Below are positions 55,120 to 64,000 of a stretch of 64,000 bases of DNA, piece by piece. Position numbers and translations under genes: made by a program. Source of the DNA: an uncultured Gemmatimonadales bacterium (GTDB taxonomy: Bacteria > Gemmatimonadota > Gemmatimonadetes > Gemmatimonadales > GWC2-71-9); assembly GCA_963844035.1 (NCBI GenBank), contig CAWJMT010000005.1:192001-256000 (forward strand), written 5' to 3'. A model generated the notes under the pieces. That model saw only the letters and a program-made list of their open reading frames with translations, was not told the origin of the DNA and made no database searches. The stretch's first letter is position 1; each line of letters opens with the position of its first letter.

Positions 55120-56523
55120 ATGACCGATCTCGGCAGCCCTTCGCGCCCGCCGGCGAATCGCCTCGGTGTGCTCGCCTACTTGCTGCTCGCCATCGGTGCC
55201 CTGGTGGGCGCGATCGGGTGGATCGCCGGCTCATCCCGCCGTCGGGTTCGTCGGCCGCTGGACCGGGCTGGTGGGGCTGGGGTTGTACGCCTGGCGGCGG
55301 CGGTCGCTGACGGCCTGGATCCTCGTATCGATGGCGGTCGGCGCCGAGGTCGGCCACGACTGGCCCGCCGTCGGCCAGTCGGCGCGGGTGTTGAGCCAGA
55401 TTTTCCTCCGTCTCATCAAGACCATCATCGCTCCGCTGCTGTTTGCCACGCTCGTCGTGGGGATCGCGGGCCATTCAAACCTGCGCCAGGTGGGGCGCAT
55501 GGGGCTCAAGGCGATCATCTATTTCGAAGTCGTGACCACGATCGCGCTGTTCATCGGGCTCGCGGCGATCAACCTGTCGCGCGCCGGGGTCGGCGTCACG
55601 GTACCCGCCATGGTCGAATCCGCGGGGGTGACCGCCAAGCCGCAGACCGCCGCGGAAGCGATCCTGCACGCGTTTCCGGAGAATGTCGCCAAGGCCGTGG
55701 CCGAGGGGCACGTGCTGCAGATCGTCGTGTTCAGCATTCTGTTCGCCATCTGCCCTGGCGCTCGTGACGGAGTCGAAGCGCCAGCCGGTGCTGGTGTTCT
55801 GCGAGGGGCTGGCCGAGGTGATGTTCAAGTTCACCAAGCTGGTGATGTACTTCGCGCCCATCGGGTGTCGGAGCGGCGATCGCGTACACCGTCGGGCATA
55901 TGGGTCTCGGGATCCTCGTCAATCTGTTCAAGCTGCTCGCGACGCTGTACGTCGCCCTCATCGCGTTCCTCGTGCTCGTCCTGCTGCCGATCGCGTTGAT
56001 CGCGCGGGTGCCGCTGCGGCGGTTCGCGCAGGCGATCGCCGAGCCGGTGTCGATTGCCTTCGCCACGACGAGCTCGGAGGCGGCGCTGCCGCTGGCGATG
56101 CAGCGGATGGAGCAGCTGGGGGTGCCGCGCCAGATCGTGGCGTTCGTGATGCCGACCGGGTACAGCTTCAACCTCGATGGGTCCACGCTCTATCTGTCGC
56201 TCGCCGCCATTTTCGTGGCGCAGGCCGCCGGGATCCACCTGTCCTTCGGGCAGCAGCTCGGGATCGTGTTCACCCTCATGCTCACGAGTAAGGGCGTGGC
56301 CGGCGTGCCGCGCGCGACGCTCGTGATCCTGCTCGCCACGGCGGCGTCGTTCGGCCTGCCCGAGTGGCCCATCCTCGCCATCCTCGGCATCGACGAGCTG
56401 ATGGACATGGCGCGCACGTCGGTCAACGTGATCGGCAACTGCCTCGCGACGGTGGTGATCGCGCGCTGGGAGGGGGAGTTCCCGGCCGCCGCGACTCCCT
56501 CCGCTAGGCGTGCAGCACCTTGA
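55120..56523 (+). CDS. Dicarboxylate/amino acid:cation symporter (GltP/DctA family), frameshifted
   Basis: FLRLIKTIIAPL, AFATTSSEAALP, PTGYSFNLDG, SKGVAGVP, MDMARTSVNVIGN. Confidence 0.93.
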
Positions 56524-57147
56524 AGGCGTGCGTCCATTCGTTGCGCAGGAATCCGGGGATGCACCAGAGGATGCAGAGCGGCTCGATCGCGCGCGCGGCC
56601 TCCACGCTCCCCATGTCGAGTGATTCCCACCCGAACTGATCGAGCACGCCCGATCACCGTCTGCTTGGCCGCGGCGTCGTTGCCGCAGATGAACATCGTG
56701 GGGCGCCCGGCCGCAAAGGTCGGATTCACCATCCGCGCATTGCCCACCGAGCTGAACGCCTTCACGAAGCGGACGTTCGGGTAGGTCTTCTGAAGCCGCT
56801 CCATCAGGGACTCGTCGAGCGTAGGTGAAGAATTTCAGCACGCCGTTCACCGGGGGCGCGGCGGCGATAGGGTTGGTCGCGTCGATCACGACCTTGCCGG
56901 CGAGCGCCGGCGCACCGGCCAGGCCAACCACGTCGACGGCCACGTCGCCTTTGACCGCGAGCACGACGATTTCGCCGAATTTCGCCGCGTCCGCGAACGA
57001 GCCGATTCTGGCGCTGGGATGCTTCGCTTGCCACTCCGTGAGCTTCGTCGCGTCGCGCGTGGCGAGCAGGACGGCGTGACCGTGCTTGAGGAAGCCGGCG
57101 CCGAGGGTCTTCGCCACGTCGCCTGAGCCCAAGATTCCTACTTTCAT
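56504..57147 (-). CDS. NADP oxidoreductase (F420_oxidored family), frameshifted
   Basis: GILGSGDVA, VIDATNP, FVKAFSSVG, MFICGND. Confidence 0.88.
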
Positions 57148-58145
57148 GATTGACGCTCGCTGTCGAGGATTCGCATCTGGTGCGCATCATAACGCGTGCC
57201 CGCGACCGCCCCGACGGGGACGGCCGCTTCTATCCTAACCATGTCGCTGGGGGACAGCCGCACCTCAAGGGCGCCCAGGGCCTCGGTGAGCTGAGCGCGC
57301 TTCCGGGCGCCAATCAGCGGGACGATGCCGGGTCCTTTCGCCAGCACCCACGCGATGGCGAGCTGGGTCGCGGTGCATCCGAGCTCCGCGGCGATCGTGC
57401 GGAGGTCGGCAACGACCTGCTGGTTGCGCTCGAGGTTCCCCGCGGTGAAGCGCGGTAGGTGGCCGCGGAAGTCCCGGGCACCGCCCGGGCGTGATCCCGC
57501 GAGGAGTCCGCGGGACAGCACGCCATAGGCGGTGACCCCGACCCCGAGGTCGGCCAGGGCGGGAAAGATCTTCGCCTCGGGCCCGCGACTGATGAGGGAG
57601 TACTCAATCTGGAGATCGGCGACGGGGTGTACCTTGTGGGCGCGGCGCACCGTGTCAGCTCCCACCTCCGAGAGCCCGATGGCCCGCACATACCCCGCCG
57701 TCACCATCTCGCCGATGGCGCCGATCGTGTCTTCGATCGGGACGGCTGGATCGAATCGGCCGGGGCGATAGATGTCGATGTGGTCCACGCCCAGGCGCTT
57801 GAGGCTGTACGCGAGCGAGGTCTTCACGGCGGCGGGGCGGAGATCGAAGCCCAGCCATGCGCCGTCGGGGCCGCGCAGCGCGCCGAACTTCACCGAAAGC
57901 AGCGCTCGACCCGGCCGGTCGCGCAGCGCGCGGGCGATCAGCAGCTCGTTGGCCCCGGCGCCGTAGTAGTCGCCCGTATCGAGCAGCGTGATCCCGGCGT
58001 CCAGGGCGGCGTGGATCGTCGCGATGCTCTCGCGCTCGTCGGCGGGACCGTAGAAATCGGACATACCCATGCAGCCGAGGCCGATCGGAAAGACCTCGGG
58101 GCCGGTGCCGAGGCGGCGGGGAGCGGGCGCTGGTGGAGTGGTCAT
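57144..58145 (-). CDS. Aldo/keto reductase
   Basis: IGLGCMGMS, LDTGDYYG, SLKRLGVDHID, IGLSE, QIEYSL. Confidence 0.95.
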   Translation of the reverse strand: MTTPPAPAPRRLGTGPEVFPIGLGCMGMSDFYGPADERESIATIHAALDAGITLLDTGDYYGAGANELLIARALRDRPGRALLSVKFGALRGPDGAWLGFDLRPAAVKTSLAYSLKRLGVDHIDIYRPGRFDPAVPIEDTIGAIGEMVTAGYVRAIGLSEVGADTVRRAHKVHPVADLQIEYSLISRGPEAKIFPALADLGVGVTAYGVLSRGLLAGSRPGGARDFRGHLPRFTAGNLERNQQVVADLRTIAAELGCTATQLAIAWVLAKGPGIVPLIGARKRAQLTEALGALEVRLSPSDMVRIEAAVPVGAVAGTRYDAHQMRILDSERQS

Positions 58146-58188
58146 GGGGCGATGTTGTATTGTAACCTAGTCGCGCAGCTTGGCGCCC

Positions 58189-59251
58189 TCACCTCGCTTG
58201 TAGCGAACGCCCGCGTCGCGGTTCAAGCCCGCCCTCCTGCTGCTTGGCGGGCGAGGTGCCAGGAATCGGGAACCCCAGCGCCATGCGCAGCCCGCGCCAT
58301 TTCGTCTTGAGATCGGCGATGAAGTGGGACGGTGGCCGGTAGCCGTAGGCCCGGTACTGTCCCGGCTGCACCTTGCCCTTGCCGGCGACGTGTTGGGCGA
58401 AGCGGTCGGTCCACTCGTCGAAATCGCGCAGCAATCCTGGCTGGTCTGCCATGTGCTCGGCCTGGTTGTCGCTGTACTTCGTCCCGCGGCCGAACTCCAC
58501 GTAGCGCCAGAGCGCGTCCGGCACCTCGATCCCGCTGTAGCGGCATTGCCAGACGATCGGGCCGTAGCGCATCGCGCATGTCCTCGAACGGCTCCTGGTC
58601 TGGATCGAACCACGCGTCGTGTTGCAGGATCTTGGGACGGCCGGCGTCGTCGAGCTCGTCTCCCCCTCCGTCCCCGTAACAGAAGAACGCGGCGGACCGT
58701 CCTTCGAGGTGATTCTGGCTGAGCTTGGTCCACTCGGGCGAATGCTCGAGCTGGATGGCGAGCGCGGGGTCCTTGTGACCGATCAGGTCCTCGCGCGGAT
58801 TCCCGCCGTTCATGCACACCAGCCGGTCGAACATCGCCTTGAGGTTGCTGCTGGGCGCGTACCAGTTCACCGGGCCGATGATCGCCCACGCATCCGCCAG
58901 GTCGAGCCGGGCGTAGAGGTCGAGGTTCCACATCAGGTCCGGCTGGCCGTAGTTGTGTTTTTCGTAGCAGTTGCACGGCCAGACACACAACGCCATCGAG
59001 GTCGACACGCACCCGTTGCAGGTGCGGATCTGCTCGCGGTTCCAGACGTTGCCGAGATCCTCGACGTCGATTTCCCACTCCTGTGGCAAGCGATCGGCCA
59101 TGCGGAACATCAGGGTGCGGGCTTTGGAGTCGGCGCCGGGGCAGTCGTACTGGCGGCGGTCCGATCCGGCGATGAGGAGCACGCGAAATGGCCGGTCCTC
59201 GGGTGCGCGGGCGCCGTTCGCATCGTTGGGTTTCATGACTCTCGTACCCAC
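58189..59251 (-). CDS. Flavodoxin-fold iron-sulfur flavoprotein / FMN reductase family (frameshifted)
   Basis: LIAGSDR, CNGCVSTSMALCVWPCNC, PVNWY, LKAMFDRLVC. Confidence 0.82.
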
Positions 59252-59284
59252 CTAGATGCGCTTCGGCTGCGTGGCGCTCGTGCC

Positions 59285-60181
59285 TCAGTGCTGCTGGAAC
59301 ACCCGGATGTAGTCGACTTCGAGCTGCCGGACCAGCGTAGGATCCAGTAATCCCTTGTTCCACGAGCGCTGCCAGGTGTTGTCGACCATCACGTCCAGAA
59401 TGATCTGCATCGGACCGTTTTCGATCGTGGACGCATCGCCGTCGAACTGCGCGCAGCGCACGCCGTCGATGTACCACGCCACGTGGGTGGGTTGCCAGTC
59501 CACGCCGAAGCGGTGGAAGTCGGTGGTGTAGTCCAGCGCCGGACAGGCTCCGTTGTTGCCGACTCCGCTGTTCACGGCGTAGGACGAGCTCCGGTCATTG
59601 TAGTGATACGTCATGAACATCGTTACGGGATCGTGCCCGAGGTGCTCGAGGATATCGATCTCGGTCCGATAGACGTACGTCGGGTCGGCGGGCAGCATCC
59701 AGAATGCGGTGAAGAAACCCTGCGTGCCGATCAGCTTCAGCCGTGCTTCCACATACCCGTACGTGAACTTGTAGAGATAGCCGGATCCGTTGTCTGCCCG
59801 CGGGCGCGCGGTGGACAGCAACCCGGAGCGGTAGGTGCATGCTCCATTCTGGCAGGCGTTGGACGGGATCGCGGGGCTCACGGGCTCGGCGACGAGCCGG
59901 GCGACCCCGCCACTCACACGGATCTGCGAGGGGGCGTACTGCTCGCGTCCCTGGTTGAACGACGCGGTGCAGCCGCCGTAGTTCCAATCGAAGCAGGGTG
60001 TGAGCTTCACCGGATCGTAGCTCGTGCCCGCGAATTCTTCGGAGAAGGCGAGCTGCCAGGTGCGCCCCGCCGCCGCAGGCGGGAGCCACGAATTGCAGTC
60101 CACACACCCATTTGCCTCAGGCCCCGGCGGGGGATTACATGCCGCGACCGCCACCGCGACGAGTGTGAGCAGCCGGATCAT
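59285..60181 (-). CDS. Glycoside hydrolase family 16 lipoprotein
   Basis: VAAC lipobox; FTYGYVEAR, AFWMLP, EIDILE catalytic motif, FHRFGVDW. Confidence 0.9.
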   Translation of the reverse strand: MIRLLTLVAVAVAACNPPPGPEANGCVDCNSWLPPAAAGRTWQLAFSEEFAGTSYDPVKLTPCFDWNYGGCTASFNQGREQYAPSQIRVSGGVARLVAEPVSPAIPSNACQNGACTYRSGLLSTARPRADNGSGYLYKFTYGYVEARLKLIGTQGFFTAFWMLPADPTYVYRTEIDILEHLGHDPVTMFMTYHYNDRSSSYAVNSGVGNNGACPALDYTTDFHRFGVDWQPTHVAWYIDGVRCAQFDGDASTIENGPMQIILDVMVDNTWQRSWNKGLLDPTLVRQLEVDYIRVFQQH

Positions 60182-60318
60182 AGGCCTGAACCTCGGGCGC
60201 GTGGCGACCGGGTGCCGTGTCCGACATCACGCGGTCCGGGGCCGCTGTGCAAGTGCTTTCACTGTGTGGAGGTTGCACAGTACCGCGCTGAGCGGCACGC
60301 CGCTAAGTTAGGGGCCGC

Positions 60319-60391
60319 GCCACCGTAGCTCAGTCGGTAGAGCACCGCATTCGTAATGCGGGGGTCGTCGGTTCAAATCCGACCGGTGGCT
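60319..60391 (+). tRNA. tRNA-Thr (CGT)
   Basis: GCCACCG/CGGTGGC acceptor, CCGCA-TTCGTAA-TGCGG anticodon arm. Confidence 0.95.
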
Positions 60392-60402
60392 CCTAGACTG
60401 TG

Positions 60403-60489
60403 AAGGCGGGCAAGGCGGGCAGGCGGTCAGTGACAGCTGCTCGCCGACCGCCGCTTCTGACCGCCTGACCGCCCGACCGCCTCCCGCCT
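60403..60489. repeat. Inverted arrays of 8-9-nt units (GGCGGGCA/GGCGGTCA ... CTGACCGC)
   Basis: Tandem units on the left arm are complementary to tandem units on the right arm. Confidence 0.7.
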
Positions 60490-61050
60490 CTACTTCATCT
60501 GATTCGGATTCTGATACACCATCAGGTGCGCGTACGGCGTGCCCGCGAACATGATGTAGACGCCGCTCGGGTTCTCCTTCGTCGGCAAGCCGGTCGTCGC
60601 CGCATCGAAGCCCCACATCAACATCCAATGCGGCGGCTCCTTGACCATGTGCGTGTTGGCGCCGGGTGCCATCACCGACTCGCCCCCCGGGACCTGGAGC
60701 TGATTGCCACCCATCGCCATGTAGGCGATGCCAGGCTCCGTGTTGGGCGGCTTGGGGAGGCCGGACGCGGCTGCGACGATCCACGCCAACCCGTTCTTGT
60801 CCGCGCAGAACGGGGATTCCGGGTCACCCGGGACGCCGACCACGCAGGTGAAGCCGTTCGTGCCAGGCCGGATCACCGTCACCGCGCCCTTGGCGTCGAT
60901 GCGGGCGATGGCGGCCTTGCTGCCGATCGCCGGCGCAGCCCCGGACTCGGCGACCTTGGTGTACTGCGCGTCGCTCATCGCGGGCGCCTGCGCAGCGGCC
61001 AGTGCCGGTGCCAGGAACGCCGCGCCACAAACTGCTGCAAGGAAACGCAT
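60490..61050 (-). CDS. Secreted hypothetical protein
   Basis: Signal peptide; GTNGFTC, PGIAYM, PPHWML, YIMFAGTPYAHLMV. Confidence 0.75.
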   Translation of the reverse strand: MRFLAAVCGAAFLAPALAAAQAPAMSDAQYTKVAESGAAPAIGSKAAIARIDAKGAVTVIRPGTNGFTCVVGVPGDPESPFCADKNGLAWIVAAASGLPKPPNTEPGIAYMAMGGNQLQVPGGESVMAPGANTHMVKEPPHWMLMWGFDAATTGLPTKENPSGVYIMFAGTPYAHLMVYQNPNQMK

Positions 61051-61126
61051 GGCTTGCTCCGAGGGTGTAGGGTAGGGGAAGATTCTACGCCGTTGACAGG
61101 AGACGGGGAAGAAGGGACGTCCAGTA

Positions 61127-62287
61127 TTAGAACGCCTCGCCCACGGAGAAATACAGCAGCCCGCCGTCACGCCCCCAGGCATAGTCGAGCCGCATATGCA
61201 TGGGGTACTTGTTGGTGAGCTGGAATCGCAGGCCCAGGCCTCCCGCCGGGAGCACCTTCGCGCTGAAGATATCTGACAGAGCGGGAGCGACCTGTCCAAA
61301 GCCGCCGAAAACCGCACCGCCGACGCGCCCGTTCGTATGACCGCGCAACTCAAACTGCACGACGTTCCCATAGTGATCGCGGTAGCGTCCCTGGGTGTAG
61401 CCACGCAGTACGTAGCGGCCCGAGCCAAGAGCACACAGTCCGTAGAACGGCGGGTCGCCCGGCGCGGCGCAGGCGTTGATATTGGTGGCGAGCACGAGCG
61501 ATCGACCGCGGAGCGTATTGAACCAGGACCACGCCAGCTGGTAGCGTTGAAAGGTCCCCGACGTTCCGGTCTGCGTCGAAAAGAACCGCGCCTTCAGCTC
61601 AGCCAGCGATCCGTGGTATGGCCAGTAATCGTTGTCCCGGGTGTCGAGCTCGCCTTGTATTCCGGGCGCGAGGAGGACTGCCTTCGACTGATTGGGAACG
61701 GCGGGTGCGCCCGGCACCGAGTCGCGTAAGGCGACCGTGGTTTCCATCCGGACGATCGATGCGCCGAGGTAGAGGGGCCCGAACACGCGCCGCAATACGG
61801 CGCCGCCGGCCATGAACAGCGTCTGGTCGAGCGGTACCGCCTGTCCCGATTCCCCCGCGTCGACACCGATGCCATAGAAGTCGTAGTGGAGGTCCAGGTA
61901 CGATAGCATGCCGCGCACCCGCCACTTGTCGCTCGCGAATCGCGCCATTTCCATTCCCATCACGCCCCAACTGCCGTTCTCGCTCGCCAATGCGGCGATC
62001 GCGCCGGTGGACGGTTTGACGCTCGTGTCGGCGTCCAATCGGTGAATCAAGCCGAGCATCAGGACTCCACCCCATCCGAGCTGGGAATTCTTGAATGGAA
62101 CTGGAGCAATGAGCGGGGTCACGCCCCGGCCGGTCTTGCGACTGGTCCCGTCGCCCGGTTCATCGGTGGGATCGAGTGACGGCACGTTCGCCGCTGTGGG
62201 GTCGAGGACCGGCTCGGAGACGCCTTGGGCCCGAGTCACGGTAACCATCCCCACAGTGCACACAACGATCAGCAGCGCGAGCCGCAT
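61127..62287 (-). CDS. BamA/TamA (Omp85)-family outer-membrane protein
   Basis: DTRDN..P..G, LRGYTQGRYRD, GGLGLRF, RLDYAWG, YFSVGEAF C-terminus. Confidence 0.88.
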   Translation of the reverse strand: MRLALLIVVCTVGMVTVTRAQGVSEPVLDPTAANVPSLDPTDEPGDGTSRKTGRGVTPLIAPVPFKNSQLGWGGVLMLGLIHRLDADTSVKPSTGAIAALASENGSWGVMGMEMARFASDKWRVRGMLSYLDLHYDFYGIGVDAGESGQAVPLDQTLFMAGGAVLRRVFGPLYLGASIVRMETTVALRDSVPGAPAVPNQSKAVLLAPGIQGELDTRDNDYWPYHGSLAELKARFFSTQTGTSGTFQRYQLAWSWFNTLRGRSLVLATNINACAAPGDPPFYGLCALGSGRYVLRGYTQGRYRDHYGNVVQFELRGHTNGRVGGAVFGGFGQVAPALSDIFSAKVLPAGGLGLRFQLTNKYPMHMRLDYAWGRDGGLLYFSVGEAF

Positions 62288-62440
62288 GCGAGAATCCCGC
62301 AGGCCGAGGAAGCTGCACACTCGCCGCTCCGCTACTTCATGTGCCAGTAGTACTTTTGGGAGGGGTGGTCAGGCGTCATTGCTGCCCGCCCAACCGACCT
62401 CCTCACTAACCGTCTGACCGCCTAACCGCCTAGTTGTTAG

Positions 62441-62469
62441 TTGACACCGCAGCGCTCAGTTGCTACCGT
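62441..62469 (+). promoter_or_regulatory. Sigma70 promoter TTGACA-17-TACCGT with extended -10 TG
   Basis: Perfect -35 at 62441; TGcTACCGT at 62461-62469. Confidence 0.8.
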
Positions 62470-62475
62470 ACTCCC

Positions 62476-62565
62476 ATGCCGCGCACGAACTATTATTTCG
62501 GGTTTTTTTGGTTCGGCCCCACGGGGTCGTCAGGTTCGTGCGCACGGGCGGCAGTGACCGATTGA
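62476..62565 (+). CDS. aroF attenuator leader peptide MPRTNYYFGFFWFGPTGSSGSCARAAVTD
   Basis: Seven aromatic codons in eight positions, upstream of DAHP synthase. Confidence 0.85.
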   Translation: MPRTNYYFGFFWFGPTGSSGSCARAAVTD

Positions 62566-62589
62566 ACTGACCCGAGAGCGAAATGAACC

Positions 62590-62624
62590 GACGGCCCCGG
62601 CAAACTCCCGGGGCCGTTCGTTTT
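62590..62624 (+). terminator. Attenuator terminator hairpin
   Basis: GACGGCCCCGG-CAAACTC-CCGGGGCCGTT-CGTTTT; 5' arm can alternatively pair with 62523-62537. Confidence 0.85.
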
Positions 62625-62648
62625 CCGGACCGTCTTGAGGAGCAGCCC

Positions 62649-63689
62649 ATGATCATCGTCCTACGTCCGCACGTTACGGAGGAAGAGCTCACCCGCGTGG
62701 TGGAACAGGTGCGCGCGCTCGGGCTCACGCCGCATGTGTCGCGCGGCGCGACGCGCACCATCGTCGGATGCATCGGCGACGAGGACCGGCTGCGCGAGGT
62801 CCCGCTGATGTCCTTCCCGGCGGTCGAATCGGTCCTGCCGATCGAAAAGGCGTACAAGCTGGCGGCCCGGGAGTTCGCGGCCGGGGACACGCTGGTCCAG
62901 CTGGGTCAGGCCGCCATCGGCGACGGGGCCGTGCACGTGATTGCCGGGCCGTGCTCCGTCGAAGGTCCCGAGATGCTGCTGCAGACCGCCGAATCGGTGA
63001 AAGCGGCCGGGGCGATTGGGTTACGGGGCGGCGCCTTCAAGCCGCGCACCTCGCCCTACTCGTTCCATGGGCTGGGCAGCGGCGCGCTCGACATGCTCGC
63101 CGACGTGCGGGCGGCCACGGGCCTGCCGGTGATCACCGAGACGCTCGATACGCGCCACGTCGCCGCGGTCGCCGCCAAGGTCGACTGCGTGCAGGTGGGC
63201 GCGCGCAACATGCAGAACTTCGCGCTGCTCAACGAAGTGGGATCGTGCGGCAAGCCGGTGCTGCTCAAGCGGGGCATGTCGGCGACCCTCGAAGACCTGC
63301 TGCTCGCCGCCGAGTACATCCTGGCGCGGGGCAACTCCCAGGTAATGCTGTGCGAGCGGGGCATCCGCACCTTCGACCGCACCCTGCGCAACACCCTCGA
63401 CATCAACGCCGTGCCCTATCTCAAGCGTGAGACGCACCTGCCGGTGCTCGTGGATCCGAGTCACGCGTGCGGGCGGCGTGACCTGGTCCCCGCGCTCGCG
63501 CTCGCGGCGATCTGCGCCGGCGCGGATGGTCTGGTGATCGAGGTGCACCCCGATCCCGATCATGCGCTCTCCGACGGGGACCAGTCGATGTCGCTCGAGG
63601 GGTTCGCCGAGCTGATGGAGCGGGTGCGGGACGTGGCGCAGGCGCTGGGGCGCGGCGTGGCGGAGACGTCGACGCCGGCGCGGCGCTAG
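62649..63689 (+). CDS. aroF: DAHP synthase (class I-beta, N-terminal regulatory domain)
   Basis: IAGPCSVE, LRGGAFKPRTSPYSF, QVGARNMQN, LCERGIRTF, DPSH, EVHPDP..ALSDG. Confidence 0.96.
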   Translation: MIIVLRPHVTEEELTRVVEQVRALGLTPHVSRGATRTIVGCIGDEDRLREVPLMSFPAVESVLPIEKAYKLAAREFAAGDTLVQLGQAAIGDGAVHVIAGPCSVEGPEMLLQTAESVKAAGAIGLRGGAFKPRTSPYSFHGLGSGALDMLADVRAATGLPVITETLDTRHVAAVAAKVDCVQVGARNMQNFALLNEVGSCGKPVLLKRGMSATLEDLLLAAEYILARGNSQVMLCERGIRTFDRTLRNTLDINAVPYLKRETHLPVLVDPSHACGRRDLVPALALAAICAGADGLVIEVHPDPDHALSDGDQSMSLEGFAELMERVRDVAQALGRGVAETSTPARR

Positions 63690-63717
63690 ACGGCGCCTAG
63701 ACGGCGCCTAGACGGCG
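63686..63717. repeat. 11-bp tandem repeat CTAGACGGCGC x3
   Basis: Lies between convergent aroF and pilT. Confidence 0.85.
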
Positions 63718-64000
63718 AGAGAAAGCTTGTGGCCCTTGGCCTTGAGTGACGCGACCAGGCCCGCCTTCTCCATCGACCGCATGTAGGCCTCGTCGGGCGT
63801 GACGAGCTTCTTCTCCACCAGCTCGAGCAGCGCGTCGTTCAACGTGATCATGCCGATCTGCTTGCTGGTCTGCATGATCGACGGGATCTGGAAGATCTTC
63901 GACTCACGGATCAGGTTGGAGACCGCGGGCGTGGTGATCAGGATCTCGCGCGCCGCGACCCGTCCGCCGCCGATCTTCTTGCACAGCGTCTGACACGACC
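63708..64000 (-). CDS. pilT: Type IV pilus retraction ATPase, C-terminus (partial)
   Basis: VCQTLCKKIGGGRVAAREILITTPAVSNLIRESKIFQIPSIMQTSKQIGMITLN. Confidence 0.9.
   Translation of the reverse strand, partial: SCQTLCKKIGGGRVAAREILITTPAVSNLIRESKIFQIPSIMQTSKQIGMITLNDALLELVEKKLVTPDEAYMRSMEKAGLVASLKAKGHKLSLAV

Overview
A 64-kb, high-GC bacterial chromosomal window. Gene content (Ig-like lipoproteins, DUF1207, YceI, M1 peptidase) is consistent with Gemmatimonadota, but this is inference. Many genes are split by single-base indels, most simply explained as long-read assembly error. It holds seven dispersed tRNA genes (His, Trp, Glu x2, Lys, Leu, Thr; none encodes CCA). An IS200/IS605-type (Y1/HUH) tnpA is flanked by four ~88-bp three-hairpin REP-like repeats, and the spacers between those repeats contain copies of the neighbouring gene's 3' end. 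There is a cluster of Ig-like/sugar-dehydrogenase/leishmanolysin surface proteins. A ~25-kb accessory region (21.3-46.2 kb) combines kaiC-kaiB, a PAS histidine kinase and three NarL/NreC-type regulators with three DUF3494 ice-binding-family genes, OmpA proteins, small membrane proteins, a PAS-PAS hybrid kinase, a receiver-cyclase and cell-wall enzymes. Four promoter regions in it share an operator-like motif (TAA-N8-TCATCC-N7-SGATGT). At the right end, aroF is preceded by a complete ribosome-mediated attenuator whose apparently leaderless leader peptide carries Tyr, Phe and Trp control codons (YYFGFFWF).
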